Source: a virus
Direction: 5' to 3' (one strand)
Virus record (IMG/VR): IMGVR_UViG_3300009709_000021
Coordinates: 1 to 64,000 of that record
DNA: 64,000 bases
Under the pieces are notes generated by a model. It saw only the letters and a program-made list of their open reading frames with translations, was not told the origin of the DNA and searched no databases. A program made the position numbers and the translations under genes. This document shows, one piece after another, positions 8,498 through 16,769 of this stretch (position 1 is the first letter of the stretch; each line of letters begins with the position of its first letter).

Positions 8498-9913
8498 ATG
8501 AACCGCAACATCCTTTTGATGGCCGATGGCTATAAGTACACTCAATTTTCCCAGTTCGACCCTGACGTAGTAGGTATGTATTCATACATTTCTGCACGTT
8601 CGGCAGACGATACCCGAATTAAAGGTATTGTCGCAATTGGCGTGCAAGCATTTGTCAAAGAATACCTGATGAGACCAATTACTCAGGTTGACATTGATGA
8701 GGCAGAGGACATTATCGTCCCGTATCTCGGGAAACAAAATTTCCCAAAAGCAGCTTTCGATAGGATTCTTAAAAATTACGGCGGCCATATTCCCGTGATT
8801 ATCAAGATGGTTCCGGAAGGTACCATTGTTCCTATCGGTGCTCCGATAGCCAGCATTGAATGCTACGATCCTGACATCTTCCCTGTCGCCACCTTTTTGG
8901 AAACGGCACTTTTACGTGCCATTTGGTATCCATCGACAGTGGCGACTTGGAGTAAGCTGTGTAAGACAATCATCTCCGGATTTTTGGATGAGACGTCGGA
9001 TAATAAAGCCGAACTGTTGCCGACACGCCTACATGATTTTGGTGCGCGTGGGGCTTCTAGCCACGAAACGGCAGCACTTGGTGGGCTAGCCCACCTCGTG
9101 AATTTTGTTGGTACTGACACAGTGGAAGGTATTGTTGCAGTCAAACGCTACTACGGTGCGGGTGATGAAGTAGCAATTTCAATTCCGGCGTCTGAACACA
9201 GCACTATCACAAGTTGGGGTAGGGAGGGTGAATCGAAAGCTTACGCCAATATGATTGAGAAATTTGGCAAGCCCGGTTTGTTCTACGCCTGTGTATCGGA
9301 CTCGTATGACATTTTCAACGCCACTGAGAACATCTGGGGCAACGAACTAAAAGAAAAAGTCATCGGCGCTGGCGGTACGTTAGTTATACGTCCGGATAGT
9401 GGAGAACCCATTTCAACCTGTATCAAGATTATTAAGACTCTTGATACTGCATTTGGATCGGTTCAAAACTCCAAAGGCTACAAGGTGTTGAACCACGTCC
9501 GCATGATTCAAGGCGATGGTATCGATCCTGACATGATTCGCAGTATTCTCTATGCATTCCAACTCAATGGTTATGCAGCCGATAATATTGCTTTTGGCAT
9601 GGGAGGCGCGTTGCTGCAAAAGGTTACCCGAGATGACTTCGGTTTTGCTCAAAAGTGTTCTATGGTGTATCTGAAAGATGGGACATACCGTGCAGTGTAC
9701 AAGGATCCTGTTGGAGGTCGTAAAACTTCCAAGAAAGGGTTTCAAGCGCTTGTCAAAACCGATAAGGGTCTTCAAGCAGTTTCCGAAGAAACGGGTGCTC
9801 CTGTACCCGGAGACATTCTCATCGAGAAATATAACGGTGTGAAAATTCCTGGTAAGCCGACAATCTATGTCGAACGATTTTCTCATGTACAAGCTCGGGC
9901 TAACGTTGAGTAA
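8498..9913 (+). CDS. nadV: Nicotinamide phosphoribosyltransferase
   Basis: DGYK, LHDFGARG, SIPASEHS, VSDSYD, VIRPDSG, QGDG, FGMGG. Confidence 0.95.
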   Translation: MNRNILLMADGYKYTQFSQFDPDVVGMYSYISARSADDTRIKGIVAIGVQAFVKEYLMRPITQVDIDEAEDIIVPYLGKQNFPKAAFDRILKNYGGHIPVIIKMVPEGTIVPIGAPIASIECYDPDIFPVATFLETALLRAIWYPSTVATWSKLCKTIISGFLDETSDNKAELLPTRLHDFGARGASSHETAALGGLAHLVNFVGTDTVEGIVAVKRYYGAGDEVAISIPASEHSTITSWGREGESKAYANMIEKFGKPGLFYACVSDSYDIFNATENIWGNELKEKVIGAGGTLVIRPDSGEPISTCIKIIKTLDTAFGSVQNSKGYKVLNHVRMIQGDGIDPDMIRSILYAFQLNGYAADNIAFGMGGALLQKVTRDDFGFAQKCSMVYLKDGTYRAVYKDPVGGRKTSKKGFQALVKTDKGLQAVSEETGAPVPGDILIEKYNGVKIPGKPTIYVERFSHVQARANVE

Positions 9914-9940
9914 ATCATAGCAGTAAGTTGTTGTTTCTAA

Positions 9941-9965
9941 AGGGCTCTTTTATGGGCCCTTTTTT
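9941..9965 (+). terminator. Intrinsic terminator
   Basis: AGGGCTC/GGGCCCT stem plus T-run. Confidence 0.7.
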
Positions 9966-10047
9966 ACATTCAAAATTTCTTTGAGGTCTTTGCTGCTAAG
10001 GTTTCCAACAGCCTCTAAGATCAGAATTCCCACAACGACAAAAGCCC

Positions 10048-10076
10048 TTGCGAGCATTTTTTCGGGGGCGTATAAT
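10048..10076 (+). promoter_or_regulatory. Sigma70-like promoter for nrdAB
   Basis: TTGCGA-17-TATAAT. Confidence 0.6.
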
Positions 10077-10105
10077 GAAGTTCCTTCCTAACACTACTAT
10101 AACTA

Positions 10106-12385
10106 ATGAGTATTTCAATGATTGACTCAGTCACTAAACGTGATGGCACTACCGAAGCTTTTGACAAAAATAAAATCCACAAAGTATGTATGTGGGCCTG
10201 TGAAGGGATCGAGGGAGTTTCGGTCTCTGAACTAGAACTAAAGTTGTATCCTTATCTTTATGATGGTATTCCTACTGATGAACTTAATGAGAATCTTGTC
10301 AATGCGGCAAGGAATCTTATTGTTGATCCTACCTATAATTATGATCTGGTTGCTGGTCGCCTGATCTCTTTTATTGTCCGCAAAGAAGTTTATGGAGGAA
10401 TTACACCTTGGCACATTCGTGACTTGGTTAAAAAGAACATTGAACGTGGTAGGTATGATCCGAATCTGCTTTCGTATTACACGAATTCAGAATGGGACGA
10501 AATTAATTCATACATTAATCACGACCGTGACTTTGATTTCCGTTTGGCTGGCGCTGAACAAATGCGAGCCAAGTATCTTGTCAATAGTCGCGTTACTAAA
10601 CAATTATTTGAAAGTTTCCAGGTTCCGTATATTCTGGTTGCTGCAGTTCTATTTAAAGACGAACAATACAGCCGCCGTCTTGAATATATCCGTGAATTCT
10701 ATGAAGTTGCAAGCACGAATCTAATCAGTCTGCCAACGCCGATTATGGCGGGTATCCGTACCGTACGTAAACAAGGTTCCTCTTGCGTTGTTGTTGACTG
10801 TGGAGATAGCCTTGATTCAATTATTGCAACAAGCGGTGCGATCACTAAATACGTTTCTGCGAAAGCTGGGCTCGGGATCAATGTGGGTAGGATGCGTGCA
10901 ATTGGTTCTCCTATTCGTAATGGCGATGCCGTTCATACTGGGCTGCTTCCCTTCGTTAAGGCATTTACTGCTGCGGTAAAATCTTGTTCCCAGGGTGCCG
11001 TTCGAGACGGTGCTTGCACAATTTATTACCCCCTGTGGCATTATGAAGCCCCTGAACTTCTCTTGCTTAAAGACGCCACTTTGCTTGAAGAACAGACTAA
11101 TCGTTCGAGTGACTATGGCGTTCAGATTAACAAGTTTCTGCTGCAACGCCTGATTCAAGGTAAGAATATTACTTTGTTCAGCCCGAATGATGTACCTGGT
11201 TTGTACACATCCTTTTTTACAGACCAAGAGAAATTTGTAAAGTTGTATCAAGAATTTGAAGAACGTACTGACGTTCGTAAGCGTGTAATTCCGGCAGCAG
11301 AATTATTTGGCAGCTTGATGACCCAACGTTCGAATACAGGTCGTATCTACATTCAATTCGTAGATAACACAAACGATCAAAGTTCGTTCCTTGATCCGAT
11401 TACGATGAGTAATCTATGTACAGAAATCACTCTCCCTACATTTCCGTTGGAATCGTTAAGTGATGGTTATAACGAAGGCTCAGAGATTTCTTTGTGTACT
11501 CTTGGTGCTATTAACTGGGGTAGTGTAAAGAGTCCCGAAGACTTTAGGCGTCCCGCTCGTATTTTGGTTCGTGCTTTGGATAACTTGCTTAGTTATCAAG
11601 ACTACGAAGTCAAGGCTGCGAAGGATTCGACGACAAAACGTCGTCCTCTAGGTATTGGTATTATTGGTTTCGCCCACTTCTTGGCTAAGCGCGGAATGTT
11701 TTATGATCAGTATGCAATGCCGCTCGTGGATAGATTTGCTGAAGCTTGGGCATTTTATATTACCGAAGCATCAGTTGATCTGGCTGTAGAAAAGGGTGCT
11801 TGTGAACTCAGTAATCGTACGAAGTATTCGAAAGGTATTACCCCGAATATGTTGCGTACGGCAAAACTTGATGAACTTCTGCGCCACGAAGAAAGACTAC
11901 CTTGGACAAAGCTTCGTGAGCGTATGATTATTTCTGGTATCCGTAACAGTACTTTGATGGCGCTCATGCCGAGCGAGACGAGTGCGCAAATTAGTAATGA
12001 AACCAATGGTATCGAACCTCCTCGTGCTCCTGTTGTCGCAAAAGTTAGCAAGAACGTTAGTATTCCAGTTGTCGTTCCCGGTGTTGATGAGCTTATCAAC
12101 GATTACGACTACGCGTTCAACCAAGACGGCCCCCGTGGGTATCTCGAAGTAACGGCTGTTTTGCAGAAATATGTAGATCAGGCAGCCTCGCTGAATACAA
12201 CATATAACCCGGCGCGGTTCAAGGATGAGAAAATTCCTGGTTCGGTCCTGATGTCAGATATGATTTTTGCTTGGCAACTTGGACACAAGTCATTATACTA
12301 TTGCAATATTCATAAACCCGGCGAAGATGAAATCAACGCTGTAGGTCAAGACGATGGATGTGAATCCGGCGCTTGCAAGATTTAA
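10106..12385 (+). CDS. nrdA: Class Ia ribonucleotide reductase alpha subunit with ATP cone
   Basis: VTKRDG ATP cone, SSC, SNLCTEI, LMPSETS, C-terminal CESGAC. Confidence 0.97.
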   Translation: MSISMIDSVTKRDGTTEAFDKNKIHKVCMWACEGIEGVSVSELELKLYPYLYDGIPTDELNENLVNAARNLIVDPTYNYDLVAGRLISFIVRKEVYGGITPWHIRDLVKKNIERGRYDPNLLSYYTNSEWDEINSYINHDRDFDFRLAGAEQMRAKYLVNSRVTKQLFESFQVPYILVAAVLFKDEQYSRRLEYIREFYEVASTNLISLPTPIMAGIRTVRKQGSSCVVVDCGDSLDSIIATSGAITKYVSAKAGLGINVGRMRAIGSPIRNGDAVHTGLLPFVKAFTAAVKSCSQGAVRDGACTIYYPLWHYEAPELLLLKDATLLEEQTNRSSDYGVQINKFLLQRLIQGKNITLFSPNDVPGLYTSFFTDQEKFVKLYQEFEERTDVRKRVIPAAELFGSLMTQRSNTGRIYIQFVDNTNDQSSFLDPITMSNLCTEITLPTFPLESLSDGYNEGSEISLCTLGAINWGSVKSPEDFRRPARILVRALDNLLSYQDYEVKAAKDSTTKRRPLGIGIIGFAHFLAKRGMFYDQYAMPLVDRFAEAWAFYITEASVDLAVEKGACELSNRTKYSKGITPNMLRTAKLDELLRHEERLPWTKLRERMIISGIRNSTLMALMPSETSAQISNETNGIEPPRAPVVAKVSKNVSIPVVVPGVDELINDYDYAFNQDGPRGYLEVTAVLQKYVDQAASLNTTYNPARFKDEKIPGSVLMSDMIFAWQLGHKSLYYCNIHKPGEDEINAVGQDDGCESGACKI

Positions 12386-12430
12386 CTCAAAATAACGGGA
12401 CTTCGGTCCCGTTCATAACTAAATAGCCTT

Positions 12431-13531
12431 ATGACTAATCCGCTTACAGCTTTTAAGCTGACTAATAACGATCCTCTCAAAACTCCGATTTTCCTCGGTG
12501 AAGAGGGCACAACTGGTATCTCCCGTTCTGATATTGTGAAGTACCCAATATTTACAAAACAGCATGAACGAATGTGGTCTTATCATTGGAAACCACAAGA
12601 AATTAATTTAACCAAGGACAAGGCTGACTTCAACGCCTTAGACGAGGCTGAAAAATTTATCTTTTTGTCAAATTTACGTCGTCAGATTATGTTGGATTCT
12701 CAGCAAAGTCTATGTCTTGGACAAGCGTTTAAGCCAATCCTGACGAATCCAGAAATTAAACGTTGCATTAACACGATTGAATTTTTCGAAGAAATTCATG
12801 CGTTTTCGTATGAATATATTGTAAAGAATGTCTTTAATGATCCTTCAGAAATTTTCAATGGTTTGAACGAGATTCAAGAAATTGTAAAGGCTAGTAATTC
12901 AATCTCAAGGTATTATGATGAGTTGATTACAATGATTGCAAAATATCGCCTAGGCCTCGTTCACAAGCGAGAAATGTACCGGCCAATTTGGCTTACCCTC
13001 CATTCTATCGCTGCAATGGAAGGTCTTCGGTTTTACGACTCATTTTGCTGCACGTTTTCTTTTGCTGAACGTGGCACAATGGTTGGTAATGCATCGGAAA
13101 TTCGTTTAATTGCAAACGATGAGGCATTGCATGTTGCTTTTGTTGCTCAGCTTATCAAACTACTTCCCCAGGATGATGAGAACTTTGCCCAGATTGCTGC
13201 ACAATGTAAGGAAGAAGTCACTGCAATTTTCCTTGAAGTTGTCAAGGAAGAAAAAGACTTTGCTGAATATCTTTTCAGTAAAGGTACGATGATTGGATTA
13301 TCTAAAGAAATTCTTTGGTCATTCATTGATCATATGGCTGCAAAACGTATGAATCTCGTAGGACTTGTGTACCCCTACGAATCCCCTAAGAACAGCCCAG
13401 TTCCGTTCATGGGCCGCTGGTTGAATGAAGCCAATACCCAGGTAGCTCCTCAGGAGACAGAGCTTACAGGGTACCAAAAAGTCGTCAGTATGGATATTGA
13501 CGAAAATAGCTTCGCAGGCATTTCCCTCTAA
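12431..13531 (+). CDS. nrdB: Ribonucleotide reductase beta subunit
   Basis: WKPQEI, LDS, EEIH..SY, EGLRF, DEALH, VAPQETE. Confidence 0.97.
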   Translation: MTNPLTAFKLTNNDPLKTPIFLGEEGTTGISRSDIVKYPIFTKQHERMWSYHWKPQEINLTKDKADFNALDEAEKFIFLSNLRRQIMLDSQQSLCLGQAFKPILTNPEIKRCINTIEFFEEIHAFSYEYIVKNVFNDPSEIFNGLNEIQEIVKASNSISRYYDELITMIAKYRLGLVHKREMYRPIWLTLHSIAAMEGLRFYDSFCCTFSFAERGTMVGNASEIRLIANDEALHVAFVAQLIKLLPQDDENFAQIAAQCKEEVTAIFLEVVKEEKDFAEYLFSKGTMIGLSKEILWSFIDHMAAKRMNLVGLVYPYESPKNSPVPFMGRWLNEANTQVAPQETELTGYQKVVSMDIDENSFAGISL

Positions 13532-13536
13532 CAATC

Positions 13537-13566
13537 TTGACATGGATTATAGCGTTATGTTATAGT
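13537..13566 (+). promoter_or_regulatory. Sigma70-like promoter overlapped by inverted repeat
   Basis: TTGACA-18-TATAGT. Confidence 0.5.
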
Positions 13567-13592
13567 CCATTCTCTTAATAAATTCAAATAAC

Positions 13593-14129
13593 ATGTCAGC
13601 AAAATTATCGCTTGGGATTGACCCGGGCTGGAAGAATCTCGGAATTGCAGTCGTTGAACGAGATAACGAAAATAAAGTTAAAGTATTGAAAACTGCTGTT
13701 CTAACTCCATATTTGTATGAGACAATATGGGATACCCCCTTGCATGTTAGCGAATGGCTAACAGAAGCTGGTATCTATGCGGGGGATATTACTTCTATTG
13801 GCATGGAACGATTTGTATCGTACAATAATGTAGACAGTGCAGAATCAGAGCATATACTAATGACCATCGGTGCTGTGGGAGAATATTTACACAGAATCTG
13901 CTATAAAACAGATGTCATTAATATGTACCGAGCTTTTGAATGGAAAGTTAATCTAAATAAACATTTGGTTAAAACAAAGAAATTCTCAAATCCAAGTACA
14001 AGCTTTGACAAAGTATTTAGCGTAGCGGCTGCAAAGGCATGTCTTGACTACGAATACGAATTTAAGACAGATCACGAAGGAGATGCAAGTGCTATCGCGT
14101 ATTACTCAATGGTTTACTCAGAGATTTAA
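13593..14129 (+). CDS. RuvC-like Holliday junction resolvase
   Basis: LGIDPG..NLG, central E, C-terminal DH..DA. Confidence 0.8.
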   Translation: MSAKLSLGIDPGWKNLGIAVVERDNENKVKVLKTAVLTPYLYETIWDTPLHVSEWLTEAGIYAGDITSIGMERFVSYNNVDSAESEHILMTIGAVGEYLHRICYKTDVINMYRAFEWKVNLNKHLVKTKKFSNPSTSFDKVFSVAAAKACLDYEYEFKTDHEGDASAIAYYSMVYSEI

Positions 14130-14403
14130 CAAAGAAGGTGTCGACGAAGAAAACGAGGAAGCATGCTTGATTACAGCAGCATATGCTCATCGGATTTTCG
14201 AAGAACTCCATGACAAGTTCAATCCGAAAACAGACTCACTTGTTGCACCAGTTTATATGAATGAATTGCTAGGCGTCTTATTGACTGACGAGCAATGGGT
14301 TAAGACGATTTTTATGCCTAATGTCCATAGATTGTCTATTATTCGGACCGGACTCGGGTATAAGATCCCAGAAGAGATACAAATTGATTTGTAATTCTTC
14401 AAT

Positions 14404-14489
14404 GCCAGAATGATGAAATTGGCAAACATAGTTCTCTTAAACAGAACCGGTCTTAGACCTTAGGGGTTCAAGTCCCCTTTCTGGCACCA
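14404..14489 (+). tRNA. tRNA-Leu(TAA)
   Basis: GCCAGAA/TTCTGGC acceptor, GTTCT-CTTAAAC-AGAAC, variable arm, TTCAAGT T-loop, CCA. Confidence 0.93.
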
Positions 14490-14509
14490 CTTTATTTTTA
14501 GGAATTAGC

Positions 14510-14716
14510 ATGACAACGCAATATGCAGATTGGCAACAACGTGTTATCGCAGAACGTGACGAAGTTCAGGAACGCCTCTCTAAACTAGAGCCTTTCTTGG
14601 ATTCAGTTGGTTTCGTCAATCTTGATGCAGACAACCAAGATCTACTTGTCGAACAAGCGCATATCATGGACGAGTATGTCAACGTACTGAATCGTCGAAT
14701 CGCTCTTTTCGAGTAA
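14510..14716 (+). CDS. Small helical phage protein, crAss001_48 / T4 RIIB.1-like
   Basis: QQRVIAERDE..ERL.KL..FL ... LL.EQ...M..Y..VL.RRI..F pattern (recalled family). Confidence 0.65.
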   Translation: MTTQYADWQQRVIAERDEVQERLSKLEPFLDSVGFVNLDADNQDLLVEQAHIMDEYVNVLNRRIALFE

Positions 14717-14722
14717 AAGTTT

Positions 14723-14812
14723 GGAAGGTCTACCCGATGGCCGGCGACGGGACCAGCTTTGAACCCTGGCGAGCTAGAAATAGCCTTAAGAGATCATTCC
14801 TCTTACCTTCCG
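14723..14812 (+). tRNA. Atypical tRNA-Ser(TGA)
   Basis: GGAAGGT/ACCTTCC acceptor, G73, long variable arm, loop TTTGAAC; T-loop ATCATTC non-canonical; no encoded CCA. Confidence 0.75.
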
Positions 14813-14818
14813 CAATGT

Positions 14819-15376
14819 CTACTTTAGTTTGAAATGATTTACAACATCTAAACAGAGTTGTTGAAATTCTTGTAAAGTTAAATCAGACTTGGCAAAATTA
14901 GCAGCTTTGCAGACTATATTACAATTATCTAAAGTGTTTTCTCCACCCTTAGATCTGGGATGTAAATGGTCAAGACTATAGCTTTGGCTATCTGTTAAGT
15001 CTATTTCCCTACCAGTTAGAAAACACTGGGATTTATTATTAAAAAATTTTTCAAGAAGTTCATTCGGTGTAAAGGATCGACTGGTTCTAATTTCCGGATT
15101 AGATAAATTTTTATTGAAATCTCGAGTTGCATCAAGCAGTTTTTTTCTGGTTTTATAAGGTAGAGTTCCAGAAAATTTGTCGAGTTTTGCTCCAAGTACG
15201 CTACCTTGACTTTGAATCCTATTCTTTCTATTTCTAGAATGTACCTTCTCTTTCTGCCCAGCCCCAAGGTGATAGGCAATAGTACCTTTAGAGCAACCTA
15301 GTTTTTCTTGTATTTCGTTATAGCTAAATCCTTCTTCATGAAGTGACAAAATTTTATCTTTATGTATTGATTTCAT
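14819..15376 (-). CDS. Free-standing HNH endonuclease with N-terminal HTH
   Basis: GFSYNEIQEKLGCSKGTIAYHL; CFLTG..SLDHLHPRSKGG.N..DN....C..AN..K. Confidence 0.85.
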   Translation of the reverse strand: MKSIHKDKILSLHEEGFSYNEIQEKLGCSKGTIAYHLGAGQKEKVHSRNRKNRIQSQGSVLGAKLDKFSGTLPYKTRKKLLDATRDFNKNLSNPEIRTSRSFTPNELLEKFFNNKSQCFLTGREIDLTDSQSYSLDHLHPRSKGGENTLDNCNIVCKAANFAKSDLTLQEFQQLCLDVVNHFKLK

Positions 15377-15420
15377 AGTTCGAATCCATTATACTTTTAT
15401 TTTAATTCGAACCCGTTACT

Positions 15421-15510
15421 GCTAGCGTAGTTTAACGGTAAAACAGCGGATTTATATCCCGTGCGTCAGATAAACGGCCAATGCAGATTCGACTTCTGCC
15501 GCTAGCACCA
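15421..15510 (+). tRNA. tRNA-Ile(TAT) with long variable arm
   Basis: GCTAGCG/CGCTAGC acceptor, A73, CCA, loop TTTATAT, ~20-nt variable region, TTCGACT T-loop. Confidence 0.8.
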
Positions 15511-15528
15511 AATTTTTTAGGAACTTAA

Positions 15529-15819
15529 ATGTCAATTCAACCTCTCCACGATTACATCGCAGTCCGTAGCATCCCTGAATCTCAAACTACAGCTTCGGGT
15601 ATTGTTATTTCCGTTGCCAAGCCCGAAAATGCTGTACAAGGCGAAGTCATTGCTGCCGGCCCCGGCATTCTCTTCGATAACGGCCATGTCCATCCTCTAA
15701 CTGTCAAGGTTGGTGATACGGTTCTGTTTAGCAAGTTTGCGGGAATGCCTATCACCTATAATGGTGAAGAATTTATTTTCTTCCGTGAAAAAGAATTGTT
15801 GGGTATTATTAAGCCATGA
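15529..15819 (+). CDS. groES: Co-chaperonin GroES
   Basis: IQPLHD, TASGIVI, GEVIAAGPG, VKVGDTVLFSKFAG. Confidence 0.95.
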   Translation: MSIQPLHDYIAVRSIPESQTTASGIVISVAKPENAVQGEVIAAGPGILFDNGHVHPLTVKVGDTVLFSKFAGMPITYNGEEFIFFREKELLGIIKP

Positions 15820-16010
15820 GCTTGGTAGAAAACACCCGTGCTAATAGGCATTATCAAGAAGAAATGTTAGAGCTCTCCAAGAGACAAAGTAAGAAATACT
15901 GGGATCGAAAATTGGCTGAAGCTAAAGAGAAAGAACAGTCTAAGCAATCACCGGAAGGTAACGCTGATCTGGTATAAGAAAAGTAACAACCACTTTTCTT
16001 GGAGTTAACC

Positions 16011-16244
16011 ATGGAAACTAACACTATCAGCAGAGGATTAGGTCAAACCAAACCACATCTTTTCAAAGTACCTCCTACAGCATGGGCTGGCAGTTTGGAA
16101 TGGACATGGGCCTGTGAAGGCTTCACTGAGAAGACTCCCGTTGGGTACGCAAAACAGACTGGATATGGAGTAAGTATGGAACATGCTTACGCTGTCTGGG
16201 ACGACCCTCATGCGGCTGCTGAGAAAATTTGGAAAAGAGCCTAA
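16011..16244 (+). CDS. Hypothetical protein
   Basis: After promoter motif and GGAG RBS. Confidence 0.55.
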   Translation: METNTISRGLGQTKPHLFKVPPTAWAGSLEWTWACEGFTEKTPVGYAKQTGYGVSMEHAYAVWDDPHAAAEKIWKRA

Positions 16245-16305
16245 CCTTCTGGTATAAGAAAGTTGGAGAGAGAAATTAAACTCTTTCCGTTTCTGGAAAT
16301 TCAAC

Positions 16306-16506
16306 ATGGACATGAAACAAGCCTTGTTGGACTTCCAGAAGATTTCAGCGCTTCACCTTTTAGGCCATGAAACGCCAGAGTCTTGTGAGAAGTCCAGAAG
16401 TAAAGTTACATTCGATGTAAAAGGAAAAGCGGTAAGAGTTTATTACCGTAAAAAGCAACATAATTCAGATGAGAGTAAACAATGGCAGACGCTGAAGAAG
16501 TTGTAG
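16306..16506 (+). CDS. Hypothetical protein
   Basis: After promoter motif. Confidence 0.5.
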   Translation: MDMKQALLDFQKISALHLLGHETPESCEKSRSKVTFDVKGKAVRVYYRKKQHNSDESKQWQTLKKL

Positions 16507-16766
16507 AAGGCAAGCGCGGTCCGAAGGTTGATCCGAATCGGCATCCTCGTTGCCGTATTGGTAAAACGCAGAAGGATCGAGCCACAGGTGCTCAGAATCG
16601 AGCATACGCCAATCGCCAAGCAAGGGCAGACTGGCAAAATAACGGTGGAACTTTTCCATATGCCAACTGCAACGGAAAGCGAAATCGAACAGTATTTACG
16701 GGCAAGGGCAACCAGCGAATAGTCCTTGTTCCAAAGAGCACTCCTGGAAGTAAGGGCAAGCGGTAG
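16482..16766 (+). CDS. Highly basic R/K/G/N-rich small protein
   Basis: GAGAG RBS; composition suggests nucleic-acid binding; directly precedes ncRNA array. Confidence 0.6.
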   Translation: MADAEEVVEGKRGPKVDPNRHPRCRIGKTQKDRATGAQNRAYANRQARADWQNNGGTFPYANCNGKRNRTVFTGKGNQRIVLVPKSTPGSKGKR

Positions 16767-16769
16767 TAT

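Noticed and set aside
10106-13531. Inteins or introns in nrdA/nrdB
   Set aside because: Normal lengths, continuous motifs, no splice-junction signatures
14723-14812. Suppressor tRNA or stop-codon reassignment
   Set aside because: TGA and TAA here are anticodons (Ser UCA, Leu UUA); long genes read in the standard code and end in TAA, TAG or TGA
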